NCBI GenBank assembly: GCA_027451625.1
Contig: DAIDIY010000011.1
Span: 1-59,951, forward strand
Direction: 5' to 3'
DNA: 59,951 nucleotides
From: Candidatus Daviesbacteria bacterium
Lineage (GTDB): Bacteria; Patescibacteriota; Microgenomatia; Daviesbacterales; UBA10151
Shown here: positions 28,966-39,577 of the stretch, piece by piece
Position numbering within the stretch: position 1 is the first letter of the stretch
How the letters are laid out: every line of letters begins with the position of its first letter
Notes under the pieces: generated by a model
The model's database searches: none
What the model saw: the letters and a program-made list of their open reading frames with translations, nothing else
What the model was told of the DNA's origin: nothing
Program-made: the position numbers and the translations under genes

Positions 28966-29042
28966 ATCTATCAAATATAAAAGCTCGATAGATTGATTTC
29001 AAGAGGGTATTTTTTATATTCCACTTTTTAATTTAGTTTTTT

Positions 29043-30062
29043 TTACAGTAGTTGTTGCTGGGAATGGACTTTCTTGCCTAAATGATCATAAGCGTTTTTG
29101 GTTACTTTACGTCCCCTAGGAGTACGTTCTAAAAAACCAATCTGCATCAGATATGGCTCAATAACCTCCTCTAAGGTTCCTATATCTTCTGATAAAGTAG
29201 CTGCTAGCGTCTCTATCCCTACTGGACCTCCAGAGAACTTATCTATAATTGTTAAAAGCAGTCTTCTATCTGAATCATCTAGTCCTAATGGATCAATCTC
29301 TAGTAGCTCGAAAGTCTCCTGTAACAGCCTTTGGTTTATGATAGAAGTGTTTTGAAATTCTGCCATATCGCGAACTCTTTTTAGTAGCCTTAATGCTATC
29401 CTAGGAGTACCTCGAGCTCTTTTAGCTAGTTCCAAAGTTTCTTGTTCTCCAATTTTAAAGTTAAGTTTTTTTGATGCTTGAGAGATAATCACACCCAGGT
29501 CTTCAGGTGTATAAAACGATAGACGATGGATAACTCCAAATCTATCCCTTAGCGGATTAGAGATCAGACCAATTCTGGTAGTTGCCCCAATGATTGTAAT
29601 ATGGGGTAAATCTAATCTTAAAGTTTTAGCTGCTGGACCCTTGCCTATGATAATATCGAGGGCAAAATCTTCCATTGCAGGATAAAGTGTTTCTTCAACG
29701 ACCTTATTTAGGCGGTGAATCTCATCAATAAATAAAACATCGTGGGGCTCTAGATTAGTAAGGATAGATGCTAGGTCTCCTGCCCTTTCAACTGCAGGAC
29801 CTGAGGTTATACGTATATTAACCCCCATCTCTTTTGCTATTAAATGCGCTAAGGTCGTTTTTCCGAGCCCAGGAGGACCGTATAGTAAGGTGTGCTCCAT
29901 TGATTCTGCACGCTTTTTTGCTGCTGATATAGCAACATGTAAAGATTTTTTAATTTTTGTCTGGCCTATAAACTCATTCCAAGCTGACGCACGGAGTGTG
30001 TTTATAAGAATTTCTTCTTCGGGAGAAGAAGTAATTTTCTCTTGGTTGTTTGTTTTATTCAT
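29043..30062 (-). CDS. ruvB: Holliday junction branch migration helicase RuvB
   Basis: [42 protein letters not shown]. Confidence 0.97.
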   Translation of the reverse strand: MNKTNNQEKITSSPEEEILINTLRASAWNEFIGQTKIKKSLHVAISAAKKRAESMEHTLLYGPPGLGKTTLAHLIAKEMGVNIRITSGPAVERAGDLASILTNLEPHDVLFIDEIHRLNKVVEETLYPAMEDFALDIIIGKGPAAKTLRLDLPHITIIGATTRIGLISNPLRDRFGVIHRLSFYTPEDLGVIISQASKKLNFKIGEQETLELAKRARGTPRIALRLLKRVRDMAEFQNTSIINQRLLQETFELLEIDPLGLDDSDRRLLLTIIDKFSGGPVGIETLAATLSEDIGTLEEVIEPYLMQIGFLERTPRGRKVTKNAYDHLGKKVHSQQQLL

Positions 30063-30074
30063 GATTAGAGATGA

Positions 30075-30632
30075 TTAATCTTTATTCTTAAGAATTGATG
30101 TCAGTTTATCTTCAATGGTTTCTCCTGAAGCTTTTGATAAAAGCGGGTAAATTTCATTTTTAGAATATCCCATAGATATTAATGCTTCTATCAATTCTGA
30201 TTGTTCTTTGTCTGAGGTAAGATCTATATCAGCTCCTCCACCAATTTTATTTTTTAATTCGATAATTAATTTTTGAGCATTTTTTCGGCCTAGACGAGGG
30301 ATATCTATGAAAAAGTCCAGATTAGACTTTATTATCGCCTCTTCAACCGGTTCTACTCCTTTATCAACAACTAATAGAGCAGTTTTGGGACCAATTCCTG
30401 AAACGTTTAAAACTTTTTTAAAAAGTTGTAGCTCTTCATTGCTGCTGAATCCATATAAATTTATAGCGTCATCTTTAACATCTGTATATATATATAAATG
30501 ATCTTCTTGATCTAAAATCGTACTGCTAAGCTTTCGTGGTAAAGGAGTAATTAAATAACCAACTCCTCCTACGAGCAGGATTAATGTCTCTTTTTGTTTA
30601 TTAATTATTTTCCCAGTTAAGTATCCAATCAT
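30075..30632 (-). CDS. ruvA: Holliday junction branch migration protein RuvA
   Basis: MIGYLTG, VGGVGY, LYGF, VSGIGPKTAL, GRKNAQKLIIELK. Confidence 0.95.
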   Translation of the reverse strand: MIGYLTGKIINKQKETLILLVGGVGYLITPLPRKLSSTILDQEDHLYIYTDVKDDAINLYGFSSNEELQLFKKVLNVSGIGPKTALLVVDKGVEPVEEAIIKSNLDFFIDIPRLGRKNAQKLIIELKNKIGGGADIDLTSDKEQSELIEALISMGYSKNEIYPLLSKASGETIEDKLTSILKNKD

Positions 30633-31123
30633 GGTCTTTGTATAATTTTTTGGAATCTCTCTGAAAAGGCATGAGTTAAAGCAACTGCTACTGCATCAGC
30701 TGTATCATCTTGGGTGATAGGCTTTGATAAATTAAGGATAGATTTTACCATAGCTTGTATCTGTTTTTTGTCCGCTCGGCCATAACCAGTTAAAGTTTGC
30801 TTTACTTGGAGAGGAGTATAGGAATTAATATTTACTCCTTTTTCTGATGCAGCTAAAATTATTACTCCCCGAGCCTGTCCAACTTTAAAAGCTGTTTTAG
30901 AGTTTGCAGCAAAAAATAATTCTTCAACTGCGACTACATCCGGATTATATTTATCCATCAGATCTTTTAAAAAAATATGAATTTTTTCCAATCTAAGTGA
31001 TACGTCATCTTGAGCATGGGTTTCAAAGAGACCATAATCAATTAATTTATAGACACCTGAGATTTTCGTTATTATTCCCCATCCAATTCTCGCAATTCCT
31101 GGATCAATTCCTAAAATAACCAT
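30629..31123 (-). CDS. ruvC: crossover junction endodeoxyribonuclease RuvC
   Basis: ILGIDPG, AVEELFF, VGQARG, YTPLQVK, DDTADAVAVA. Confidence 0.97.
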   Translation of the reverse strand: MVILGIDPGIARIGWGIITKISGVYKLIDYGLFETHAQDDVSLRLEKIHIFLKDLMDKYNPDVVAVEELFFAANSKTAFKVGQARGVIILAASEKGVNINSYTPLQVKQTLTGYGRADKKQIQAMVKSILNLSKPITQDDTADAVAVALTHAFSERFQKIIQRP

Positions 31124-31207
31124 CGAGGTAAGTTTAAGAAAATTATTTAGATTAGTAAAGCGTGACTTGGTCTTGAAAAATTTGCCGCTTCTGTTAAAGT
31201 AAATCGC

Positions 31208-32497
31208 ATGCAGTTGATAGTTGATCTACATCTCCATTCCCATTTCTCACGTGCGACTAGTAAATCCTTAACTCTGGAAGGACTGTATAAATGGGGCAAG
31301 ATAAAAGGAGTAAATGTTATAGGGACAGGAGATTTTACTCACCCTAGTTGGTTTTCTGAATTGAGAGATAAACTAGAGCCAGCAGAACCCGGATTGTTTA
31401 GATTAAAACCAACAATAGCCGCGGATATAGACAAGAGTTTATCAGAGAGTATAAAAAAGCAGGAAATTCGTTTTATTTTAACCTCTGAAATTAGTAATAT
31501 TTATTCAAAGTTAGGTAAAGTTAGAAAACTCCACAATTTAGTGATTGCACCTAGTTTTGAAGATGTATCTAAAATTAATTCTTATTTAGAAAGGATTGGT
31601 AATCTCTCTGCAGATGGTCGTCCTATTTTAGGACTTGATAGTAAAGAACTTCTCAAAATATGCCTTAAAATAAATGAAAATATTCTCTTTATACCGGCGC
31701 ATATCTGGACTCCTTGGTTTGCAATGTTTGGATCAAAATCTGGATTTGACTCTATAAAAGAAGCTTTTGATGAATTGTCAGGAGAGATTGTGGCTGTTGA
31801 AACAGGATTATCATCCGACCCGTGGATGAACTGGAGAATAAAAGAACTGCAAAATATAGCTATAATTTCTAATTCAGATGCTCATTCTCCTCAAAAGATT
31901 GGCAGAGAGGCCACTATCTTTGACTGTCCATTCGATTATTTTCAAATCATTTCCGCTATAAAAAATAATGATGAGAGATTATTGGGAACTATAGAATTCT
32001 TTCCGGAGGAGGGAAAATATCATTTTGATGGACATCGTATATGCAATGTAAAACTATCTGCGGATGAAACTAAAAAACTAGATCGGATATGTCCAGTCTG
32101 CCATCACCAGCTTACAGTAGGAGTAAACTTTAGAGTATCTGAATTAGCTAGTTTTCCAGTTGGATTTAAACCAGAGAATCATAAAAAAGTTGAATATATT
32201 ATTCCATTACCAGAGATCATAGCTGAGCTTAAAGGAGTTTCAGTATCTACTAAAAGCGTCAGTGATACTTTTATTAAAGTCTACAATACTTTAGGAAATG
32301 AGTTCGCTATTCTTCGGAATATCCCAACTAAATTGATATCTGAAGCCGGTTTTCCAGAATTGAGTTTAGCAGTCGACTTAGTCAGAAGAAACAAGGTAGA
32401 AATTGAACCAGGTTATGATGGAGTTTATGGAAAAATTAGACTATTTAAGGACGAAAGGGCAAGAAAAAATTTTGGCGGTCAGATGAGTCTGTTATAG
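31208..32497 (+). CDS. endonuclease Q-like PHP/Zn-finger nuclease
   Basis: DLHLHSHFSRATS, GTGDFTHP, PAHIWTPWF, NSDAHSP, GKYHFDGHRIC...CPVC, PGYDGVYG; C-terminal QMSLL. Confidence 0.85.
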   Translation: MQLIVDLHLHSHFSRATSKSLTLEGLYKWGKIKGVNVIGTGDFTHPSWFSELRDKLEPAEPGLFRLKPTIAADIDKSLSESIKKQEIRFILTSEISNIYSKLGKVRKLHNLVIAPSFEDVSKINSYLERIGNLSADGRPILGLDSKELLKICLKINENILFIPAHIWTPWFAMFGSKSGFDSIKEAFDELSGEIVAVETGLSSDPWMNWRIKELQNIAIISNSDAHSPQKIGREATIFDCPFDYFQIISAIKNNDERLLGTIEFFPEEGKYHFDGHRICNVKLSADETKKLDRICPVCHHQLTVGVNFRVSELASFPVGFKPENHKKVEYIIPLPEIIAELKGVSVSTKSVSDTFIKVYNTLGNEFAILRNIPTKLISEAGFPELSLAVDLVRRNKVEIEPGYDGVYGKIRLFKDERARKNFGGQMSLL

Positions 32498-32512
32498 GTT
32501 TAACATTCTAAA

Positions 32513-34360
32513 ATGAATGTCATATTTCAAAGAACTTCAGAACAAGAAAAAGCAATAAAGTCCCAGGGGTCAGTTATTGTCAAAGCTGGACCAGGAACAG
32601 GTAAAACGATGACTTTAATAGGAAGGATTTATTTTTTATTAAATGATCTAAAAATCAACCCAGAGGAAATTCTAGTTTTGACTTTCACTCAGAAAGCAGC
32701 CCAGGAGATAAAAGAAAGACTTAATATAGAAAGTGAGAAATCTGCAATTACTGTGGGAACTTTCCATTCTTTTGCACTAGAGGTTCTTTTAGATGAAGGT
32801 CTAAAGATAAAACTTGCGTCAGAGGCGTTACGGCAAAAGATTATCAAGGAGATCATCTTAGAAGAGAGGCTGAAAACTACAGCGAGATCTTTTGCGGAGA
32901 ATGTATCTAATTTTAAAAATTTTAATTCGAATAGCTCTAATTTAAATAAAGATATTTTGTTATATCAGAGTAAATTAGAAAGAGATGACTTAAAAGATTT
33001 TGATGATTTATTATCGATATTTCATACGAAGTTAAAAGAAGACTTAAAACTAAAAAATAAATTACAATCTCGTTTTGGACATATATTAATTGATGAATTC
33101 CAGGATACTAATATACTCCAGTATGAAATTTTAAAGCAAGTCATAAATAGCAGATCTCATTTATTTGTGATCGGAGATCCTAATCAGTCAATTTATGAAT
33201 TCCGAGGTGCTGATGCTCAAGTATTTAGTAGGTTAAAAGACGACTATTCAGAGATTGAAGATATTCGTTTAACAAAAAATTTTAGAAGCTGTCAGGATAT
33301 TGTTCAAGTATCAAACAGACTTTTTCCGAAATCTCCTCTTAATCCAAACCAGACTGATCGAGGAAAGGTAATGCTAATAGAGACTCTAAATGAATATACA
33401 GAGTCTGAATGGATAGTTAATCTTATAACCACCAGTATTGGTGGATTAGATTTAAATCAAGCTGTCTCAAATGATAAAGAAGTAAATTTTTCAGATTTTG
33501 CTATTCTCTATCGAAATCATAATTTATCGAAGATCTTAGTCCAAAAACTTAAAGAGAGTGGAATTCCTTTTCAAAGGATTGGAGAGAGTTCTCTTTATGA
33601 AAAAAAAGAAGTCAGTTTTATAATCTGTGTTCTGAAGTTTTTAAATCATCAAGTTATGGATAATTTTTATTTGATTTTGGAAAATGATTTTTTGAATTTG
33701 GATTATAAAATTTTACATAAAGTCAAAGATTTTAATGGGAAAAAAATATGGCTTGATATGAAATCAAATATATCATCTGAAAAGGGCTTTACTGAGATTG
33801 TTTTAAAGCTTGAAGAATTGATTAAGTCTTTTAAAGATGGAGTAGGGCTGCAACAATTAGTCTTAAGTATTTGTGATAAATTTCAAATAAAAAACGAAAG
33901 CACTAACTTGGACATTGAACAATTTTTATCTATATTGATTCAGTTTGGAAACGATAATTATTCAATAGATAAATTTATACACTTTATATCCTGGTTAAAT
34001 GAAAATAATTTTTATGATAAGAAGAGTAATAAAGTTGTTCTTTCAACAATTCATTCAGCTAAAGGTTTAGAGTTTAAATATGTAGTCGTTATGGGATTTG
34101 AAGATAATTTAATCCCGATAATTAAAGGTGGAAGCATTAAAGAAGAGAAACGTCTATTATACGTTGCAATGACAAGAGCTAAAAATGAGCTTTATTTAAC
34201 ATATACTCGGATAAGAAATAAGCGGAAAACCAAAATTTCTCAATTTAAAAATATTATAAAAGGAGAAGGTATTGTGGAAATGGTTGATAAATCACTTGAA
34301 AGACGTATTAAGGCAAAAGAAAAATGGAAGTTAAGAAATTCTCAATTGAAATTTTTTTAA
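32513..34360 (+). CDS. UvrD/Rep/PcrA-family SF1 DNA helicase (compact)
   Basis: AGPGTGKT, LIDEFQD, GDPNQSIYEFRGA, NFRS, TIHSAKGLEF, EEKRLLYVAMTRA; C-terminal QLKFF. Confidence 0.92.
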   Translation: MNVIFQRTSEQEKAIKSQGSVIVKAGPGTGKTMTLIGRIYFLLNDLKINPEEILVLTFTQKAAQEIKERLNIESEKSAITVGTFHSFALEVLLDEGLKIKLASEALRQKIIKEIILEERLKTTARSFAENVSNFKNFNSNSSNLNKDILLYQSKLERDDLKDFDDLLSIFHTKLKEDLKLKNKLQSRFGHILIDEFQDTNILQYEILKQVINSRSHLFVIGDPNQSIYEFRGADAQVFSRLKDDYSEIEDIRLTKNFRSCQDIVQVSNRLFPKSPLNPNQTDRGKVMLIETLNEYTESEWIVNLITTSIGGLDLNQAVSNDKEVNFSDFAILYRNHNLSKILVQKLKESGIPFQRIGESSLYEKKEVSFIICVLKFLNHQVMDNFYLILENDFLNLDYKILHKVKDFNGKKIWLDMKSNISSEKGFTEIVLKLEELIKSFKDGVGLQQLVLSICDKFQIKNESTNLDIEQFLSILIQFGNDNYSIDKFIHFISWLNENNFYDKKSNKVVLSTIHSAKGLEFKYVVVMGFEDNLIPIIKGGSIKEEKRLLYVAMTRAKNELYLTYTRIRNKRKTKISQFKNIIKGEGIVEMVDKSLERRIKAKEKWKLRNSQLKFF

Positions 34361-34361
34361 T

Positions 34362-36959
34362 ATGAATAATAATTTTTCTACTCCAATGATGAAGCAGTAC
34401 TCATCTATAAAGAAAAACTACAAAGATTGCTTAGTATTATTTAGAGCAGGAGATTTTTATGAGCTTTTCTTAGAAGACGCTAAGATAGGGGCGAATATTT
34501 TGGGTATCACTTTAACCAAAAGACCTGAAGGCAAAGATGGATTAATTCCAATGGCTGGAGTTCCCTACCATGCAGTGGATTCTTATTTGGCTAAGCTTGT
34601 TAAAGCAGGATTTAAAGTTGCAATATGTGAGCAATTATCACCTCCAAATAAAAAAGGAATAATCAAAAGAGATGTAATTCGAGTTATCACTCCTGGTACT
34701 TTAGTTGATGAAAAAGTTTTAGACAAAAAAGAAAATAATTTTTTAATCAGTTTATCTGTTAAAGATGATATTTTTGCTTTAGGTATTGTTGATCTTTCAA
34801 CTGGAAATTTACAAGTTTTACAAAGTTACTATCGTAATTTGGAACAAGAACTCATGGATGAGCTAGTAAAGCTTCACCCTTCTGAATGTATTTTATCACC
34901 AGAAAATTATACAGATTTAAATCTTTTAAGATTACTAAAAAAAGAGAGAGGAATGAGTATTTATCCTTTTGAAGATTGGGACACATTTACCTCAAATGCT
35001 GAAGAATTCCTAAAAGATCATTTCCAGGTAAGAAATTTATCCGGGTTCGGGATTGCAGATTTACCTTATGCCAAAGAATCAGCCGCTGCTTTGATCGGTT
35101 ATTTAAAGATCACTCAAATGAATAAAATAGGGCATATTAAAAAGATTAGCCTTGCAACAAGTTCAGATCATGTTATTTTAGATAAATCGACACTGCTGAA
35201 CTTGGAAGTCTTTTCTACTATTTTGGATCGAGGAAGTCAGGGAACTCTTCTTTCTGCTATTGATCAAACTCAGACAGCGATGGGAGGAAGAATGATAAAG
35301 AGTTGGTTATCCAGGCCTTTAACTTCAGTAGAGTTGATAAATAAACGACTAGATGCAGTGGAATATTTTTTAAAAGAAGATGATCTATCGTATGAACTAG
35401 ATAATATTTTAGCTAAAATTTCAGATATAGAACGAATACTCTCCCGTTTATCTATTGGAATAGGGAATGCTCGTGATCTTATTTTATTAAAAGACAATCT
35501 AGTATCAGTTCTTGAAATTAGAGATTTATTAAAAAATTGCAAAAATGAAATTATTTGTGATCTCTTAAAACTTTTTAATAAATCTCTTAGGGATGTAATA
35601 TCGTTAATAGAAGAAAAGATAGTGGATGAACCTCCAGTTAGTTTAAGAGAAGGAGGATTTATAAAATCAGGAGTTTCACCTCAACTTGATCGTTTACGTA
35701 GAATAATTGGTGGAGGAAAAAATTGGATAACTCAGCTAGAAGTAGATGAAAAGGAAAGAACTGGAATTTCAACTTTAAAAGTAAGATTCAATAAGGTTTT
35801 TGGCTTTTATATAGAAGTTAGCAAAGGTAGTGCTAATTTGGTACCGAAAAATTATATCCGCAAACAAACTTTAGTAAATGGTGAAAGATTCATAACTTCT
35901 GAATTAAAAAAGCAGGAAGAAATTATTTTAACTTCAGAATCCAAAATTAATGAACTAGAATATAAATTATTCCAAAATATTTTAACTAAAGTCTTAATTT
36001 CTACAGAGTACATTCAAAATGCCTCATTTGCAGTTGGAGTTATTGATTGTTTAAATAACTTCTCTAAGATTGCCAGACTTAATTATTATATTCGCCCAAA
36101 AATTGTTTATTCTGGAGAGATAAGGATAAAAAATGGCCGTCACCCAGTTGTAGAACAGATGCTAGAAGGCGGAGGATTTGTAGGGAATGATGTTTTACTC
36201 AGTAAAACATCCAATCAACTATTGCTTATTACCGGACCTAATATGGCGGGTAAATCGGTTTTTATAAGGCAGGTAGCATTGATTGTAATTTTATCTCAGG
36301 TTGGTAGTTTTGTTCCAGCGGATAAAGCATATATTACACCAGTTGATAAAATTTTTGTCCGCAGCGGGGCAGCAGATGCAATCAATTCAGGGATGTCAAC
36401 ATTTATGGTGGAGATGAGTGAAACAGCGAATATTCTAAATCATGCCACATCAGACAGCTTGATCGTAATGGATGAAATAGGCAGAGGAACAAGCACTTAC
36501 GATGGAATAAGTATTGCTTGGGCGATAGCCGAGCATTTGGTCACAAATAGCCAATTCTCACCGAAGACATTATTTGCAACTCACTATCATGAATTACAAA
36601 AACTGGAACAAAAATATCCAAATCGGATAAAAAATTATCATTTAGAAGTAGAAAATATAAATAATGAGCCTATTTTTTTACATACAGTTTTACCTGGAGC
36701 TGCTCCGTTTAGTTTTGGATTAGCTGTAGCTAAATTAGCTGGAGTACCTCACTCTGTGATCGAGGATGCGTTAAAGATTCTCGAAGAGTTAGAGAAAAGA
36801 GGAGTAGCTCAGGCAATTTCTCCAAGCTTTAAAGAACTAGATCGTAATAAAAAGATATCAGGGGTTTTGGAGTTTATACAGTCGATCGATTTGGAAAATA
36901 CGACCCCGCTGCAAGCACTAAATTTAATCTATGAAATTAAAAAGAAAGTGAGAGTGTAA
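34362..36959 (+). CDS. mutS: DNA mismatch repair protein MutS
   Basis: TPMMKQY, GDFYELF, TGPNMAGKS, STFMVEM, DEIGRGTST, FATHYHEL. Confidence 0.97.
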   Translation: MNNNFSTPMMKQYSSIKKNYKDCLVLFRAGDFYELFLEDAKIGANILGITLTKRPEGKDGLIPMAGVPYHAVDSYLAKLVKAGFKVAICEQLSPPNKKGIIKRDVIRVITPGTLVDEKVLDKKENNFLISLSVKDDIFALGIVDLSTGNLQVLQSYYRNLEQELMDELVKLHPSECILSPENYTDLNLLRLLKKERGMSIYPFEDWDTFTSNAEEFLKDHFQVRNLSGFGIADLPYAKESAAALIGYLKITQMNKIGHIKKISLATSSDHVILDKSTLLNLEVFSTILDRGSQGTLLSAIDQTQTAMGGRMIKSWLSRPLTSVELINKRLDAVEYFLKEDDLSYELDNILAKISDIERILSRLSIGIGNARDLILLKDNLVSVLEIRDLLKNCKNEIICDLLKLFNKSLRDVISLIEEKIVDEPPVSLREGGFIKSGVSPQLDRLRRIIGGGKNWITQLEVDEKERTGISTLKVRFNKVFGFYIEVSKGSANLVPKNYIRKQTLVNGERFITSELKKQEEIILTSESKINELEYKLFQNILTKVLISTEYIQNASFAVGVIDCLNNFSKIARLNYYIRPKIVYSGEIRIKNGRHPVVEQMLEGGGFVGNDVLLSKTSNQLLLITGPNMAGKSVFIRQVALIVILSQVGSFVPADKAYITPVDKIFVRSGAADAINSGMSTFMVEMSETANILNHATSDSLIVMDEIGRGTSTYDGISIAWAIAEHLVTNSQFSPKTLFATHYHELQKLEQKYPNRIKNYHLEVENINNEPIFLHTVLPGAAPFSFGLAVAKLAGVPHSVIEDALKILEELEKRGVAQAISPSFKELDRNKKISGVLEFIQSIDLENTTPLQALNLIYEIKKKVRV

Positions 36960-36975
36960 TTTAAAATAAATAGTC

Positions 36976-38658
36976 ATGGGCAAAATTAGATCTCTATCAG
37001 ATGATGTAATTGTCAAAATCGCAGCGGGAGAAGTTATAGAAAGACCTGCGTATGTAGTTAAAGAGTTAATTGAGAACTCCATAGATGCTAAAGCACAAAA
37101 TATCAATATTGAAATCGAAGAATCTGGACTGAAAAAGATACTAGTTTGGGACGATGGTGAAGGAATGGATAAAGAAGATCTCTCTGTTTGTTTACTTCCA
37201 CATACAACTTCTAAACTAGAAGATGATAGTTTAATCAAAATCTCGACTCTGGGGTTTCGTGGCGAAGCTCTTTCCAGCATAGCCGCAACTTCAGATATAA
37301 TAATTTCAAGTCGTCCTAGAAATCAAAAGATTGCATACGTTATTAGGTCTGAATATGGGAAAGCAACCCCAATCTCGCCTAAGGGGTCATCTTTCGGTAC
37401 GACTGTGATCGTTAAGAATATATTCGCAGCTGCTCCAGTTCGCAAAAAGTTTGTTAAAAATAATAAGGGTGAATTTGGACGTATCCTTGACATTATCAGC
37501 CAAAATGCACTCTCTAATCCAGGTATTGGTTTCAAGCTGACTCACAATGGTAAGCTAATTTTTAACCTACCAGCTAAACAATCAGTGATGCAGCGAATAA
37601 GACTTTTACTGGGAGAGGAGTATTATATCAATTTAATTCCATTGAAGTTTGAAGAGTCATATCTAAAAATTAGTGGTTTTATTTGTAAACCCCAATATGG
37701 GAGTATTGGAGGGAAGAAGCAATATATCTTTGTAAATCAGCGCCGAATTATAGATCACCTTATATCTACGGCATTTAAAGAAGCCTACGGGACATTGCTT
37801 GAGACTCACTTATCGCCTGCTTTTATTGTATTTCTTGAGATACCATTTGAAATGATAGATGTGAATATCCATCCTAGAAAGGAGACAATTTCCTTTTTTG
37901 ACCGCCAATTCATCTTTGATAATCTGATTAAAGCTGCAACGCAGACTTTAACGGAGAACAATTTAACTTTTTCTAATCTTAGTTGGCAAAAAGGAGAAAA
38001 TGACAAATTAACTCTATCATATGCTGGTAGATTGCTCAAAGGAGATCCTTTTATAAGAGAAGATATCAATTATGAAGAGATTAACTGGAAAAATCCAATT
38101 TTGCAAATTCATAACCAATACCTTATCTGTCAAAGTCAATCAGGAGTTATTGTGATAGATCAACATGCTGCAAGTGAACGGGTACTATTTGAAAAATTTA
38201 AAGAGGCATTCAAAAATTATCGAAATGAAAAATACCATTTACCCAAAGCGTTGATTATGCATTTATCTTATCAAGAGTCAGAACATATGATGCAAGTATT
38301 AACTGATATGTCAAATCTAGGTTTTGTTATAGAACCATTTGGGAATACCTCTTTTAAGGTAGAAGCAGTTCCTAAAATTTTTCAAGATCGAGAGATCAAA
38401 CCTTTATTAATGGAATTATTAGAAGATCTGATCTCAGAAACAAAACTTTCGGATATAGATAATAAAACACAAAAGATGTTGGCATACCTTGCCTGTAGAG
38501 CAGCTGTAAAAGCAGGAGATAAACTTAGCTTAAATGATAGACGTAAATTAATTAAAGAATTGGCAAAATACCCCACATTCTATACTTGTCCCCATGGTAG
38601 ACCTATTAAGATAGAATTAATTCTTTCTAATTTAGATAAGATTTTTAAAAGAACTTAG
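36976..38658 (+). CDS. mutL: DNA mismatch repair endonuclease MutL
   Basis: IAAGEVIERP, GFRGEAL, DVNIHP, endonuclease motifs DQHAASERVLFE, ACR, CPHGRP. Confidence 0.97.
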   Translation: MGKIRSLSDDVIVKIAAGEVIERPAYVVKELIENSIDAKAQNINIEIEESGLKKILVWDDGEGMDKEDLSVCLLPHTTSKLEDDSLIKISTLGFRGEALSSIAATSDIIISSRPRNQKIAYVIRSEYGKATPISPKGSSFGTTVIVKNIFAAAPVRKKFVKNNKGEFGRILDIISQNALSNPGIGFKLTHNGKLIFNLPAKQSVMQRIRLLLGEEYYINLIPLKFEESYLKISGFICKPQYGSIGGKKQYIFVNQRRIIDHLISTAFKEAYGTLLETHLSPAFIVFLEIPFEMIDVNIHPRKETISFFDRQFIFDNLIKAATQTLTENNLTFSNLSWQKGENDKLTLSYAGRLLKGDPFIREDINYEEINWKNPILQIHNQYLICQSQSGVIVIDQHAASERVLFEKFKEAFKNYRNEKYHLPKALIMHLSYQESEHMMQVLTDMSNLGFVIEPFGNTSFKVEAVPKIFQDREIKPLLMELLEDLISETKLSDIDNKTQKMLAYLACRAAVKAGDKLSLNDRRKLIKELAKYPTFYTCPHGRPIKIELILSNLDKIFKRT

Positions 38659-38754
38659 TTTAGATCAAAAGTTAATATAAGAAATAAAAATAATGCACTT
38701 TTTATAAAACTAGTTCCTTGTTTATTGATTTTAAAAATGTTATAAAAACAAATT

Positions 38755-39426
38755 GTGAGCCAAAAGAATATTACAATTACGATTTTAATTGCAATCTTGT
38801 TGGTTATTAGCTATTTTGTCATCCATCAAATAGAAAAGAGTGTGGTTAATATGCCAGGAAATAATAATGTTAATAATAGCTTATCGCTATCACCTTCAAC
38901 TGCAGGGTCGAGTGCGACTCAATCTCCTTTAAATGAGACTACCTCGACTCCAAAAAGACATTATACAAAATTTCCAGGAATACTTCCTCAAAGCGAACTG
39001 GAGAATAAAAAGGCGGTAATTATCACTGATAAAGGTGAGATTGATTTTCAAATTTATCCAGAAGCTAGTATGGCTGCATCTAATTTCATTCATCTGGCTA
39101 ATGATGGATTTTATAACGGTTTGACTTTTCATAGAGTAGTACCAGGATTTGTCATCCAAGGGGGCGATCCCTATGGAAACGGAACGGGAGGTCCCGGTTA
39201 TACATTCCCTGATGAACCAGTAACAAGAAAATATGATAAAGGGATAGTTGCAATGGCTAATGCAGGACCAAATACTAACGGTTCTCAATTTTTTATTATG
39301 CTTGAAGATGATCCAAATCTACCTCCTAAATATACTATCTTCGGTAAAGTGATTAAAGGGCAAGATGTAGTTGAAAGAATCGAGGTAGGAGATGTGATGA
39401 AAACGGTAAAGATAGAGAACTTATAG
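38755..39426 (+). CDS. cyclophilin-type peptidyl-prolyl isomerase, membrane-anchored
   Basis: FHRVVPGFVIQGGDP, AMANAGPNTNGSQFF; N-terminal TM. Confidence 0.93.
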   Translation: MSQKNITITILIAILLVISYFVIHQIEKSVVNMPGNNNVNNSLSLSPSTAGSSATQSPLNETTSTPKRHYTKFPGILPQSELENKKAVIITDKGEIDFQIYPEASMAASNFIHLANDGFYNGLTFHRVVPGFVIQGGDPYGNGTGGPGYTFPDEPVTRKYDKGIVAMANAGPNTNGSQFFIMLEDDPNLPPKYTIFGKVIKGQDVVERIEVGDVMKTVKIENL

Positions 39427-39476
39427 AATAAGGAGCGGGTAAGGAAAAAAATCTTCGGCCTTATTCCCAAATTAAT

Positions 39477-39568
39477 GCTCAATATCTTGTATATTGACAC
39501 TGCAAGGATTCAATATGATAACTTATACATGTTCTAATAAATTGGTCGGTAAATACAAGATATTGTAG
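39477..39568 (+). promoter_or_regulatory. two NrdR boxes flanking a TTGACA promoter of nrdR-nrdJ
   Basis: gctCAATATCTTGtat 39477-39492 and ataCAAGATATTGtag 39553-39568 resemble acaCwAtATaTwGtgt; TTGACA 39494-39499. Confidence 0.75.
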
Positions 39569-39577
39569 CCCGAGTAA

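Noticed and set aside
31124..31207. LexA/SOS box between ruvC and the EndoQ operon
   Set aside because: No GAAC-N4-GTTC or CTGT-N8-ACAG seen; only two divergent -10 boxes
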